In this document: piece after piece, positions 1 through 13,600 of the stretch
Layout of the letters: each line of letters begins with the position of its first letter
How positions within the stretch are numbered: the first letter of the stretch is position 1
Assembly: GCA_030704615.1 (NCBI GenBank)
Contig: CM060733.1
Coordinates: 63,736,001-63,800,000, forward strand
DNA: 64,000 nucleotides
Direction: 5' to 3'
Source: Takakia lepidozioides
Taxonomy: Eukaryota; Plantae; Bryophyta
Made by a program: the position numbers and the translations under genes
The notes under the pieces: model-generated
What the model was told of the DNA's origin: nothing
Seen by the model: only the letters and a program-made list of their open reading frames with translations
The model's database searches: none

Positions 1-2
1 CG

Positions 3-63
3 CTAGAAGTGCGGAGCAACGCGAAGCCCTAGTTCTAGCGACGACCGAAGGTCGGAAGCTAGT
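3..63 (+). mobile_element. Putative rolling-circle (Helitron-like) terminus: two stacked CTAGT-ending motifs
   Basis: CTAGAAGTGCGGAGCAACGCGAAGCCCTAGT (3-33), then a hairpin CGACC-GAA-GGTCG ending GAAGCTAGT (63). The first motif recurs almost exactly at 4048-4078. Confidence 0.45.
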
Positions 64-93
64 TTAGCGTAGAGCAGGAATAGGGTGCCATAG

Positions 94-168
94 TGCCACA
101 TCATCGTCGCCACGTTTCGTCGCCATGTCATCGTAGCCAGGTCATCGTAGACACGTCATCGTCGTCGT
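94..168 (+). repeat. Short degenerate tandem repeat (~14 bp, GCCACRTCATCGTC-like)
   Basis: gccacatcatcgtc / gccacgtttcgtc / gccatgtcatcgta / gccaggtcatcgta / gacacgtcatcgtc. Confidence 0.7.
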
Positions 169-420
169 CAATTTCTTTGGAATCTGCCCGGATTGCCCGC
201 CCAAAATATGCCAATAGAAATCGCCGCACCAACTTTTTCGGAACTGCCGCAATGCCCGGATCTTGATCTTCTTGAACTGCAGGAGCTCTGCCGCCATCGT
301 TCACCTTGCAAGCTGCAAGCTCTCAACAAATTGAGGAAATCCATGCTGAGGTAGATTGTAGCCCTGCGTTGTCTTTTACGTTCCTGTCGTCTCTCACCGT
401 CACCCGTTCCTGCATTTTCC

Positions 421-2045
421 CAATGGACCCATATCCCAGAATGCACACATTGGCCCTCACATGCATTAGGTTTTGCAACGGCGGCGGAGGATGAGGGTTC
501 ATCTGCAGGAGCTTCGTCTTGGATGCAGAGGCTGAAGAGTGTGTTCAAGAGCAAGACACCTTCATCAGATTCTTCCCAATCAGATACTTCAAAAGAAAAA
601 TCTGTGTCTCAGCATGACCTTACAATGGAAAGTGAGTGCCATTCTACTGTGTCGCTAGGTGTTCTACTACAAATTCAACAATCTAATATCATAAAAGGCC
701 CTCACTTGCATAATGACTGCTGGGAGTTGATCAGTATGAACCGTTGGATCACTTTGTTTATTTATTGCAAAGGACACTTCACGAATTTCTTAGTTGAATG
801 AAATGATGGTGCAGACAAGTCTGCTTCTGGTACCAATTTGGCTTATAGGAGACAATGGCGGAGATTCGCAATATAGGACACCAGTATAACAGAGGGGGGG
901 ATGTGGAAACTGGCCGATGGTTTCCGCCGGGAATGTAAGTCTTTCGTGGGAAGAGTAACAGTGATCAAACAAGCAAGAAATTTTATGTCTTCTTTCAATG
1001 AGTGCTTGAAGACCCCAGATTGAGAACCCAATCCTGTAGTTTGCAGCCACGGCGGTCAGAGGTTGGAAATTAGCCCAATAACCGGTCTAGTACAAGTATG
1101 TACTCGATTTGTGAATCTTTCTTTGAAATCTGGCTCTGTCTCTCAATAGATTTTCTTTGTGTTGTACAGATTTTGCAGATGAGTTGAAGAAGGCACGCCA
1201 GTTTGGAAGTCTAACGACATTTGGACGCGGCCTGCCCAGAGGGGGTGAAGTATCAGTTGTAAAATCCCTTGAGAGACAGGAGGGGATTCTTCGATCCCTA
1301 GCCCTACATGACCCTCTGGTATGCTTTTTCATTACATCTGAATTTGGTTGCTACAAGAAAGTCTGTTTCAATGTTTAATGAGAGCACCAACCTTCAGAAG
1401 TGGTAAACAGTTAAAGAGGGTTGCATACTGGACGGCCAGGCTTGCAGGTGAGCACACGATGTCTTCAGAAAGTAAGCAAGGGGCATCGGGCTGGGCATGG
1501 TGTGGGTCCAGCGAGTTGGAGAGCTGCACAAGGCTGAGGTGGCAACGGAGTAGGGGTGCACTGTGCGTGATGTTGATGCCGTACTGGCAAAGTACGAGTG
1601 GGCAAAGGAGGCAAAGAGGCGTGTGATGAAGCTTAAGGAGGAAGGCAAGCCGCTTCCCAAGTCTCTTGACGAGGTTCGTCTCCCGTGTTTGCTGCCTAAG
1701 AGCTCTTGTATGTTTTTGTTATGCTCTGGCAGCTGCATTCTCTTCTCAAAATCTCTCCTCCCGCTGTCTCACCAATGGCTTTCCACTGTTTGCCTGTTTC
1801 CTACCATCTTTTAATACCTTGAATGATGAAATATATTTGTCCCTGTACCTTGAATATAAGGTGGCCATAGCTGGGAGATGAAGGGTCTGGCCTGAGGTTG
1901 ACACCATGGATTTGTTGATTGGTGAGGGTGGAAGAGTTGATGGGGGGTCGCTGGAATGCGGCAGCATATGTGAATCTTGCAAAAAGTGGACAACTGAGTC
2001 GAAATGCTGCTTGTCCATGCGGCTATGGAAAGAAGTACAAGAGGT
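421..2045 (+). pseudogene. SEC-C motif-containing protein (plant At3g04950-like family), disrupted
   Basis: GT-AG exons ~421-631, 1170-1318 (FADELKKARQFG...LERQEGILRSL), ~1449-1673 (CTVRDVDAVLAKYEWAKEA...KEEGKPLPKSLDE) and ~1928-2043 (NLAKSGQLSRNAACPCGYGKKYKR, a SEC-C motif). There is an in-frame TAG near 1551 and exon 3 is degenerate. Confidence 0.8.
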
Positions 2046-2409
2046 GGGTTCTCGCTCTTTTCACAGCTCCTCTCATCTCTTTGCCCCATTCCAATGGGAG
2101 TGTCGTAAGGCGGAGAGAAGCAATGTTTCTGGCTACTTTATCTCACACTCATACTTAAACAGATGGATTTTGTGGCTAGATGAGTCAAATTTCAAACTTA
2201 AAGCAAAGCAAGTAGTACTATCAAACATGGTGTAGCCTGGCAATAAGCTGGCCGTGCGGCATCTGTGGCTTGACCACTATCTTACAAGCAAAGTATGCTC
2301 CAAATATATTGCCTATCCTTTACTAGACCATGATTGGTAAAAATCTGGGGAGTTCTGTTGCAGGTGTTGTGGGAAGTCATAAGCTTGGACTTGGAATTGT
2401 ACCAGATGT

Positions 2410-3355
2410 GATCCTGATCTCTGCCCTGGTGGACATGTATGCCAAATGTGGGTGTATGGAGGATGCAAAGGGAGTGTTCGACAATATGGTTGAATGAGAT
2501 GTGGTGTCGTGGAATGCAATGATCGCAGGATATGCACAACATGGTTGTCATAGGGAGGTCCTGCAACTATTTGAAGGAATGCAAAAGAACGGCTTGAAGC
2601 AGTATGTGTTCTCTCTGCATGCAGCCACACTGGCCTTCTGAATGAAGGTAGACGCTACTTCGATTCCCTGATTCAAGATCATGGTGTCACTCCGACAGTG
2701 TAGCACTTTGGCTGCATGGTGGACCTTCTTGGACGTGCGGGACAACTGGATGAGGCAGTGGACCCGATTAATAAAATGCCAATCAATCCAGATGTTGTGG
2801 TGTGGAAGGCCTTGTTTAGTGCCTGCAGAATCCATGACAATGTAGAGATGGCTCAACGTGCGGTAACATCTATCCTCAAGTGGAATGAACAGGATGCCGC
2901 GACTTATGTTGCTATCAAACATCTATGCTGCAGCTGGCAGGTGGGTTGATACTGTAAAGGTGAGAAGAATGATGAAGGTCAGAGGGGTTGAAAAGGAGCC
3001 AGGTCGCTGTGCATCCCAGAATTAAGGAAATCCATGCTGAGCTGAGAAGATTGTCTGGGAAGATGAAGGAGGCGGGGTATGTGCCTGACAGACGCTTTGT
3101 ATTGCATGATGTGGGGAGGAGGAAAAAGAATTTTCTCTTTGCCACCACAGTGAGAAGCTGGCCATTGGTTTTAGGCTGATCAGCATGACCCCTAGGACGC
3201 CTCTCCGTCTCATCAAGAATCTTCGACTGTGTGGTGACTGCCACACCTCCACCAAATTCATCTCAAAGATTGTTGGCCGAGCAATTGTTGTACAGGACGC
3301 TAACCGCTTTCACCACTTTGAAGATGTGATTTGTTCTTGTGGTGATTACTGGTGA
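2410..3355 (+). pseudogene. PLS-class PPR-DYW RNA-editing factor, C-terminal remnant
   Basis: [35 protein letters not shown]; MVDLLGRAGQLDEA; E/E+ domain; HPRIKEIHAEL..GYVPD; [32 protein letters not shown], stop at 3353-3355. Several frameshifts, stops and internal deletions. Confidence 0.92.
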
Positions 3356-4047
3356 AATGATGTCTTCTTGGAAAGATGCGAGTGTCTTGCTTCATTCATT
3401 GATCTGTGACTTAGCTACTCACATCATCCACCATTTCCTGAAAGTATTGACCATGATGTACTGTTGAGTGCATTTCCTGTGCCATAAATCCACAGTAAAT
3501 GATAGTGGGGTCTACCCGGCATAGGGGGGAAGTCAGCCCATAATTGCACTTGACTGAAGGGGTGATTTTTGACTGATTCTGGTGACAGTGGATGGAAATC
3601 AGAGTGTTGTCCTAATTCTGGGTTTGGGTGGTGGAGCTTCTCCAAAGCTTCAAGGTGGAAGTGAATACGAATTTTAATGAGCTTGATGAGAGGGGCAGCC
3701 CTATGCACAAGTTTGTTCAACATCTTAAATTTGGACATGTGTTTGTTTCTCGTGGTGTGGTTTTGGATGGAGCCCTTGATGAACTTGCATGAATATTGTC
3801 AAAAGCTAGCCTTAACCCACCAAGATCCAATCCCATGGTGGATGCTTGAAAGTTCATACAGTGAATGTAAGGGTATTTGGGTATGTTGTTATTGATTGAT
3901 GCGGCTTGTGAAAATTGAATGTTGAAATGCAGATCTGCCATTTTTCTTCCAGAAAAACACAAAACACGGGATCTTTGCATGTACCACCGTGGGGATGACC
4001 CAACCCTTTTTTTGTGAAAAATTGAACATAGTTCTCAGAATTCGTCA

Positions 4048-4078
4048 CTAGTAGTGCGGAGCAACGCGAAGCCCTAGT
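4048..4078 (+). mobile_element. Second copy of the CTAG-ending putative Helitron-like terminus
   Basis: CTAGTAGTGCGGAGCAACGCGAAGCCCTAGT, one mismatch to 3-33. Confidence 0.45.
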
Positions 4079-4094
4079 AAATATATCCCGGATT

Positions 4095-4268
4095 GACAAC
4101 CAAGTTGTAGCCTAGTGGTAATGGGCACATACCACCTTGGAAGTGGTTGTGGGTTCAATCCACCGATTGGTGTCGCAAAGGTGTCCACCTCTGCTTGAAG
4201 GCAGTAGCCCTTGGGGTCAATAGACACCATAATTTACGCTTCTTTTGAGAGGCGTCATATATATATAT
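4095..4268 (+). mobile_element. tRNA-derived SINE with LINE-like 3' tail and (TA)n end
   Basis: A box TAGCCTAGTGG, B box GGGTTCAATCC, (AT)n tail, TSD ATATATCCCGGATT (4081-4094 / 4269-4282). Homologous to the inverted copy at 25916-26104. Confidence 0.85.
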
Positions 4269-4726
4269 ATATATCCCGGATTCGAGCCCTGTGCGGCCAG
4301 TGTTTAAGAGCACGACAACTAGACGAGAACAGATTCCGGTAGTAACCAAATAATATGAATTCTGAATTAAATCCCTTCTGGTGGTCGCAATAAGTTGACC
4401 CGGGGATGGGTATAATTAGGGTTGATAATAGTGGGCCAGAGTAGCATACTAGGGTTTGACAGTGCCCGCACCTGCGCTCTGCGCCCCACGTTCTCCTCAA
4501 GCTCCCCGCCACTATCTTTTCCCATGCGTGCCTTGCCATCTCTTTACTCGGGGTTTGTCCACTGTCGAAGTCTGCATCCCTTTTGACAGAGTCTGGTTGC
4601 CTTTCGTGTTGTTGTGTTGAAGTGAGGGTAGCGAATCTGAGCTGCTTTAGAAGTAATCGGACTGGGTGCGTAAATTTGACCGCTGTGCGCACAACAGCGA
4701 CACCGGGAGGGTGCAGATCGGGAAAA

Positions 4727-7700
4727 ATGTCTTCAGGTTCTGGTGAGAAGACCACAGTGTGGACAACTGTGAAGCCGTTTTTGAACGGAGGGTTGTCAGG
4801 CATGGGAGCCACCTGCGTCATCCAGCCAGTTGACATGATCAAGGTATGTTGTTAGGTCAAAGAGAGGGGATCGCTCCGGAGCACATTCTGGAACCGAGTC
4901 CAAAAATTTCCAGTCCTCTTTTGAAGTGATCCTTGTAATGATGCAAGTGTAACGCTTGCATCCTTTGATTTCACATCGTCCATTGTATTTAAGTTTCGAA
5001 TAGACGATTTCATTCCGTAGAGGATCTAGCACTAAATGCTGTAGTCAGGACACATTGTTTGATTTGCTTCTTTCCACTGTCGTGTCTGATCCAACCAATT
5101 CAATTGTCCAGAGTGCTACAGTGATTTTGAAGCTTTCTCTCTTGGCAGTTGGCACCCAGTTGTCCCAACACCCGTTGCATCTATGAGCTCATGCTTATTG
5201 CAATGTTCACGGTTAAAGTGTGAAATTGGAGATTTTGTGCTTTCCCTTTACAGGCTCGGTCATTTGCCTTGCAGCTGGTTGTCCTTGGCTCCTGTGAGGT
5301 AGGAGATGCCAGGTTGTAGGTCTTTGATGTTGTACATCTTAGTTGCTGTTTCGTTACTAATCCCTCCTAAATCTTCCTTTTTTCTCCCCTGCTGTTCGAC
5401 CTGTCTGACTCTCCCCTTTAGTTCTTCAGAAATCCCTGCCATCTCCGTCTGGGGACATCCGAGAGTGTGATAGGTTTCTGAAAGTATGTCTGACTATTGT
5501 GCTCCATACTGTTACTCTTCTCCGAATGGAGATGAAGCCAATCTAACAGAGCATTGGACAAATTGCTCCACTAATGCTCCTGTTGTGGGGTTCCATGCTT
5601 GTTTATTATACTGTATCGAATATTTATATTTAAAACCGTACGTCCTCATGCTCAGAAGCTGAAAATTCCTTTCTCTGTCTTGTGATGACCATGACCTTGT
5701 TGAATGATCATCCGCAAGTGCTCAAATCCTGCGAGCTTTGAGTGGTAGAGATCTGATGTGCAGGCAACTGTCATGCAGCTGACTCTGTGGCTGGCTTCCC
5801 CTCTGCACGTTAGATTGATGCTGATGGCACCTCACATCCTCTTCATTATTACTGTTAGTCAGCATTTCGCAGAAATCTACCCATAGCTGTCTTACAGTTT
5901 CATGAAGAGTGGGACTTAGATTACAACCCAAGGGGCCATCCCTGCTGGGCTTGAGGCTGAAGAAATTATGAGTACATTTCCTGCCTCTGCTCAGTAAGTT
6001 ACCTGAAAGAAACCACATGTCAAAATTTGGGCATGATGATGAGGATAGCAAATGGATTTGAACACACTTGGCACACTTTCCTTAAATGGGAATTTGAGTT
6101 GTATAGAAGCATGAACAGGATGGATGCCCGAGTGAAGGGTTTCTTCAGAAAATCTCAAAAGGACAAACCCAATTCCATGTCTTATAGCTATCCACACACA
6201 GTTTAATAGCACCTTGCTATTACTCCTGTTTATAAGTTAATTTATCTAGGCTGCTGGGATAAAGCCACCTCCATCTTCAACATTTTCTCATATTTAGGTA
6301 GCAGGGAGGGGTGAGGGCCAATGAACCTTGGAATGTCGTGTTGCTTGCATCTTCAAATGCCTGTTTTTACCGCAGCTTACAGCTAAGGCAGCTACAACTA
6401 CCCATTCAATACTGTTTTTCCAAGGCTTGTACACAGTGATAAAATTTGATTCAGGTGGAATTGATATCATAATTTGTACTTGGCAAATGGGGTGCAGGTG
6501 CGTATTCAGCTTGGGCAGGGTGGTGCGATGCAAGTGGCACGTGATGTTGTGCAGAAAGAGGGCTTTGGTGGTCTTTACAAGGTTGTTTGTCTTGGAATTT
6601 GGAGTTATAATTAACATAGTTGAGCCTATGCAGATATACACACTTTTATGTCTGTCCTGGCTTGGTTGAAATTTTCGGGTCACAATCCATACCCTGGTTT
6701 GTGTTGTACCTCACATTAAGTCTGGAAGGGTGACCCTTTACCTGTCCTTGATACCTTCCGCTTGAATGTGATAATTGCGGGTACTTTTTTTTATGAACTG
6801 TCTGCATTGGAACAGGCATTGAGGTGATGTCGACCATGCTTATGATAGCTGGTTGGATGAAGTTTTGAGTCAGCATGTCTTTATATGAACGCTACATATT
6901 ATACTCTTTTGAGTGTAAAATCTGCATGCTGTCATTCTGAACTCATTGGATTGTGGTGGAACAGGGTTTGTCAGCAGGATTGCTGAGACAAGCCACTTAC
7001 ACCACAGCCCGCCTGGGAACCTTCAGGTATGCACTATGTCTGTGACTTGTAGTTCATTTACACACTCGCTGGAACTTCTGTGGATGTTGGCCTGTGGATC
7101 TTGGTCATCCATCTGTGTTGCATCCACTCTTGCTTCTTCTAAGAGAGGAGATATTGGTAGCCTTGCATTTGGTTTACTTGCATGTTTGACATCAACTGGC
7201 GATTATGTAGGCAGCTCCAAAAGCAGCGATGGAGACTAGGAGGAAATAAAACCAGCCAATGAAGGCACAAGGTGATGGTTTTGAAGTGGTATTTTTTGAT
7301 TTGGATGTGGCTGATAGGGTGTTGACGAACAAGGCCATGGCAGCCAACGAGGGAAAGCCATTACCTCTGTACCAGAAAGCGCTTTGTGGACTAACTGCTG
7401 GTGCAATTGGGGCAAGCGTTGGGAGCCCTGCTGATCTAGCTCTCATTCGGATGCAGGCAGATGCCACGCTTCCAGAGGCTCAACGTCGCCATTATAAGAA
7501 TGCATTCCACGCATTAACACGTATCTCGAAGGATGAGGGACTGTTAGCCCTGTGGAAGGGTGCAGGCCCTACAGTGGTTCGAGCCATGGCCCTCAACATG
7601 GGCATGCTTGCATCATATGATCAGAGTGTGGAGTTTTTTAGGGACCAATTGAGCTTTGGAGAGATTCCAACTGTCATCGGTACGTAGATTGTCCGATGAT

Positions 7701-8673
7701 GTGCCCAGTCTATTGCAAGGAGTTTGGTATGGATGTATTCATTGTAATTGGATAAAAATGAGAGAAAGAGAGATGAAAGAAAAGAAACTTCATAATGTCG
7801 TATGGACTATGGGACAGTAGAACAAGGGAAGAAATCGGAAATCAAACTCCAAACATTGTATGGAGAATAAGTGCCCCATTCTGATAAGCTTATGTGAGCT
7901 TGGGAGAGCCCCTTTATCACCTTAACCTCTAAAGCAATCCTGTTTTCCTTTGTATTTCTAGTTTAACTGACATCGACAAAGATGATGTTGGAGTTGATGT
8001 GGGTGTTATGTATGTAGTAGACAGGCTTGGGCACACGTTAGTCGGAGAGAGGAAGAGAGTGCTAACCAGTGTTGGGACGGTGGGTACTTTTAACAGGGGC
8101 AAGTGCAGTATCTGGATTTTTTGCATCAGCCTGCAGTCTGCCCTTTGACTATGTGAAGACCCAGATTCAGAAGATGCAGCCAGGCCCTGACGGCAAGTTC
8201 CCGTATACAGGTTCCCTAGACTGCGCAATGAAAACACTCAAGTTGGGAGGTCCCTTGAAATTCTATTCTGGGTTTGGCACTTACTGTGTGCGAATTGCCC
8301 CCCATGTGATGGTGAGTCCACGTTTATTGATGTTTTGTTATTGGCAACATTAGCTGTTTCATGTCTGTTAGTTCATAATTATTTTGATGGTAAGTTTGGA
8401 TATGGAATGGCCAGCCCCTTGTTGTCTCTGTGTCAGTCTTCACCACTGAAGGGGGCCTCAGTTGTAGGGGTCACCCTACTTCCTCTTTCCATGCTTCACC
8501 TCCTCCTTCCCTGCTCTGTCTCAAGGCTTCTCTCTGTCTGCTTTTGTCCATATGTGTACCCACCTACGGTATATAAGACATTCAATAAGTTAATACTGTG
8601 TTTTATGGGTGTGCAGATGACATGGATTTTCTTGAACCAGATCCAAAAATTCGAGAAAACAATTGGGCTGTAA
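4727..8673 (+). CDS. DTC: Mitochondrial dicarboxylate/tricarboxylate carrier (mitochondrial carrier family)
   Basis: Exons 4727-4843, 6498-6581, 6965-7026, 7318-7679, 8097-8311 and 8617-8673, all with GT-AG borders and consistent phase. Carrier signatures PVDMIK, PADLALIRMQ, PFDYVKTQIQ and GLSAGLLRQATYTTARLG. Confidence 0.96.
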
Positions 8674-10355
8674 GTTTGTTTTCAAAGAGCTCCCCGCCAG
8701 AATGTGTTGTTGTGGCTACTTTGGGGTGAAGTCCCTATTGTTGATTGAATTTTTGACTTGACGAAGGCGTGCTTCAAACTCGACGACATGGCCTGGGCTA
8801 GTTTGATGAGTTTACCCACCTTTAGCTAGTGGTGCTAGAGCAGGATCCACCTGTTGGATCTGGGGGAACTGACATCGTAGAGTTGCAAATGATGGATGGA
8901 TTAGATGTCCCAATTTGATGCTGGATAGTAATGGCTTGCGAACTGCTGGTGTCTTGTCTTTAGGGTGTATTTCCTGTTTTAGAGGCTTAGTGATTTATTA
9001 CCATTATTGATTTGTCGGGCAGCACACCTTGTGTAGCTCTTGCGACAAAGCATAGCATTTTCCAATCAATTTTCGATGGACGAAGATAGCAATAAAATCC
9101 TGGAAAACCACCTCCTCAATGGACTCCAGGGAGTGGGGTAATTTCAGCCGCAGATTCTTACTTCTATATCTCTAATAGTTGGTTACTTGAAACAGTTGCA
9201 TAGGAATGAAAGTTGCCCTTGTTTTCTCCATCCGTCTACTGAAAGATGTTCATTTCGAGAAGGATTTTCTGAACAGAAGATGTCAAATTCTTCCGCAGCT
9301 TGTGGTACTGGAATCACACCAAGTAGGAGTAGAGGGGCTTCAATCATACCCTCCTAATCTCTAACATACACACGGTTTTTTTTGGCTCGTTGGACCTGAA
9401 ATCACACTTTGGGAGAAGGCTCCATTGTTGCAGTTAGATGTGCAAGTTGCTGTTATATTTCTGTGGCTCATTAGACCTCAACTCACGGTTTGGTGGTGGA
9501 GCTTGGTTGCTGGGAGTTGTGCCTCTGACGGAACTTCATGGCACTTCGTGCTCTGTTGGTGTAGTAGAGGATCAGATTTGTTGTTAGCTGCCCCTACATT
9601 AGGATGGCAGGGTATATAACTCTGACATGAGGACAAGTCAAGGCATTTTCGAGCCATATTTCTCAATTGAGAATCAGTATCCATCTTAAGGCAACTACTG
9701 AGTTGTAGTTGAGCTGTCTGCTTGATTGAATCTTTTTTCTTTTTCTGCCATCCCATGATGGCTGTTGTTGGACGACTAATATTCCATTTTATTTTATCCC
9801 ATTTCTAATCTTCCTGGGTGTGTGTTGCTTCCAAACTATCAAGTGACCAGCTACGCGATCTATGTTTGTGAACAAAATACAAAGGCGGGAGGGAAATTCA
9901 TATCTTCAATGTGCATATTATAACCCTACTGAGGCCCACCCCAACCAAGAATAGAGAGCAAGTAGACATGATTGATCTTACTGAGTAAGAGTTCCCTAGC
10001 AACATCCATCTGATGCTGGTCTTTAGCTTCTCATTTCTGTTCCCTGGCGATGACTGAGACCGTATCTGAGTGGATGCCTGATCCCTATGGGTCCTTCCTG
10101 GATGTTTTTTTAGGGTTTGAAAATTCTTGACCACCTCAGGCCCGGGTGAAGTACAATCAATGGATGACATTAACGACAGAAGTCATTGGTGATGTTCCTG
10201 TAGAGCAATTGTAAACTGGCCTCTCCTGCATCATAAATAATTCACATTCTTTCCCTCCACAAAACCACGCCTGGATATACTATGCTGGTCATAAGCTAAA
10301 AACATTTACGTATCTATTTGTAATGAGAGCGTTTAAGTAATTGTCAGCTCCCTTT

Positions 10356-10698
10356 CCCTTCACAAAAACTTCAAAATTCCTATTTCCCCTATACACAAAT
10401 GCTTCAAGGTTATCCACCTGACTGCGATACGCTCCCTCACTGCTATTATTACCAACAAAAGGCAACTTGAATCCCATATCTCGTCAGCCTCTTGAAACTC
10501 CGTATACCCTAGGGGTAACCCCCTGGGGTACCTTTCCGGGCACCTTTCCGAGCACCTGTCCCTGGGTGGGTTACGGGGTGCACTCCGGGCACCCAATAAT
10601 TTTTATATAGGGCCCACCCCCGAAACGGGGCAGTAGCCGCAAGGCGAAGTCGCTCTTAGTTACGTCGGCCTCGGCCGGTGTCATCTCTCTCACTCTCG
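10356..10698 (+). mobile_element. 5'-truncated copy of the RLE-type (Dualen-like) LINE 3' end
   Basis: KIPISPIHKCFKVIHLTAIRSLTAIITNKRQLES aligns with 26690-26795. Conserved tail GGGCCCACCCCCGAAACGGGGCAGTAGCCGCAAGGCGAAGT...GTCA(TC)n. TSD GCTCCCTTT (10347-10355 / 10699-10707). Confidence 0.85.
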
Positions 10699-13600
10699 GC
10701 TCCCTTTATTTGCACATGATGGGTGTAATTGGCTGGATGTCCCATTAACATTTCCACCTCCATGTGATGTACATAGCGCAGAGTCTCTAATAGTGAGGGG
10801 GCTATAAAAGATTGTGTGTTTCCCAAAAAGTCCTATAGATGTTATGCTTTCTGAATCATGACAGTCTGACCACAATCACTCCATTCACCATGAACTACGC
10901 CTGGTCTGGGTATGGTATCCCAGAACTTCCATCATCATGCTTTCGCCATTACTTAAGAGTCTTTTAAAGAATGTATGTATTCTAAAAGCTCTATGGCAGG
11001 AAACTCTCACCTGTCGCCCATCCCAAAAACAACACATCAAAATGAGTGTTAGTGAGGAAACTCGAGGTGCATAACGAGTTTCCTACACGTGCTATTGCTT
11101 TCCAAATGAACATATGTAAATGAAAAATACACCGAGATGTTCTCAAGTCTAGCATAAAGAAGTCTTGAACTCTTGAGGTAGAGATAGAGGCTGTAAGAAA
11201 CATCATAACCTATAGATCATGGTAAACTGTCTGAAAACATAAAGACAGTCATAAGTATCCCCATGATATTCAAAAAATTATGCAAGCCCTAATGTTACGG
11301 CTAAGAAAAGCTGTAATTGTTTCCTGTTCGGGTTTTCATATAAGTCTCCTTCAGAACAAACAAAGAAAGGCCATTCCAGGTTAGCCACCCATATTCAAGG
11401 CATCATGCTAGCCTTAGGGTTACAGCCATACCCTTCATTCTGTAGCAAAACATGGCTGTTGTAAGCTGTCTGAAGTTACAAAACATGATCATCTCTATAT
11501 TTACAATGTCCTGCAAACCCTATGGTTACATCAAAAGAACGCACGCAGGGATTAGATATGTAGGGAGTAGGTATTAAGGGATAATCCCCAGCAGGGGTCT
11601 TAATCGTCATAGCCAGCTCCTCCACCTTTTTGTCATCTGTCTGCAGTTATCACACACTCCATGAGCCACCCTAACATTAGTCTTTCTCAAAAAACTTCCA
11701 TGATAGCAATCAACTCATGATCTACTCCCTGCAGGGTTTCTCATGTGTTTTCAGGTGATAGCCAAAGAAAATCCTCAAAGGCTCATTCACTGAACCTTGA
11801 TAGTTTGTGGAAGTTCTGCTTGCAATATGGCTGGTCCAGATGAATTGTGGGAGAGCTCCAGCAGCACTGATCGCAACAGACATTAAGTCTGGGCCAATTT
11901 GGGCTGGGTTTTGTAGACTTAAAAACAACACCAGCTTTCTACAAAGTGTGCAGCAAATGCTAAGGCCCTGGACTTGACTGGCACACTGTATTAGGTAGAA
12001 TGCATGTAGCAAAGAAACCTAGGTACAGCAAACTCAATCACCCCCCAACCTGAATGCTAAGTTCGCTCACATGAGAGGTCACTCGCTGCATTAGCCAGTT
12101 AAGACTTGAAGGAACAGCTCAAGAACCAAATAGCGGGAGAGAACTACTCCCTTTGGCATGTCATTGTCCAAGAGCAAATGCAGAGTCGGCGTATGTAGGG
12201 CACTCAGGGATGCCGCCACTTCTGCGAATTCATCATCATGGGATCTGCTGCTGTCAGGCCATGATCCCTTTGTTGGGTGTGTTACTGCCAATCTTTTTGT
12301 CAAAGAATTTTTGCAACACCAGAGATGGCAAGCCACCTGCCCAAAGAAAACTTAGAGCCCCAGAGGAGGTGATACATGCCATTGCTTTCCTGCAAACTCA
12401 ACGAGGTCTGATAGTATTTTGCGTACGAGGAGAATCCCCACTTTTGCTCCCTCATCATCAAATGAGAAGGTATCTGACAACACTTTGTCAGCTTACATCG
12501 CAGCTCCTGAGGTAAACATAACAAACAACACCCATTTACCTCCATCACATGGTCGGGATACTATTAACCTGCTTAACCTTCGGTTGAGTACTCCATCGTG
12601 ACAGGCACGATCCCTTGTAGCACACTGGCAGGTAAAGCAGGGTTATTTTTTATCGTCAGAACCAAGTTACCCGATACATCCTGTATCGTTCAAGGACTTC
12701 ACTGTCCAAAGTAAACTGTCCTGGGTTAATCATGACTAGTTATGCATCTATAGGTAATCATGGTAAGGTCACGTTGTTCCATTTGTTGTAGTCATGATAT
12801 TACTTAGAGGCTGCCTCAGGTCACATTTGTCCGAGATGAGAACTAGTTATCTCATTCATCAAGACCTGTAATGTCCTCATTCATCCTTATGTAATCCAAG
12901 GGTCAAATCTCATAAGTAATAAACATTGCTCTTTGCAAGTTTACTGGGGATACGACCAGCAGGGGATACGGCCAGCAGGTTCCAACGATAAAAAGATATT
13001 ATTAGACCATGTCTCAAGCCATGAAATCCAGAAAAAAGACTTAGAAATAATTATAAAAAACCAGCCAGTGGCCAGTGCATACTCTAGCCATCTGGTAAAG
13101 TTTTTTATAAATATATTTGAGCTGTCTTTATTTCAAAAAGACTCCATTAAACTAAGCTGACAAGTCTAAAACATGACAGGTTCCTCCATGTCATTTCTTC
13201 TTTTGCTTAAAAAAGAAAAGAAACAAGAACTTATAGTAACAGGATTGAAGAGAGGGAGAGAGAGGGAGAGAGGGTGCTGCTTAGTCACCCCCCCTGCCGC
13301 CCACCCCCCCCCCCCACCTTCTTTTTTATTTTTCTGACCCCTCTCTCCCTCTCTGGTTTTTATTTTTATTTTTAAGCAGCACAAAAGAGGGAGAAGATGG
13401 ACTTGTCTTGTCAAGACAAGGAAAGGACCAACCACTAAGGAAAGGTCGCAAATTATGACAAATCAGCCTCGTCGCGAGGCACCATTATAAACAGTCCATG
13501 TACGTAGGGAAGGTTCAGGTGGGAGGGCGGGGTGCTAGGTCATGAATCAACAACTCATGATTATTTATGTCCTGAAAAGGGACAGAAAAGAGCTGCGGAT

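Noticed and set aside
1545-1556. In-frame TAG rescued by RNA editing or readthrough
   Set aside because: This is a nuclear locus with other lesions, so ordinary pseudogenisation is simpler.
4105-4175. tRNA gene
   Set aside because: A and B boxes are present, but there is no acceptor stem and it has a LINE-like tail, (TA)n and a TSD, so it is a SINE.
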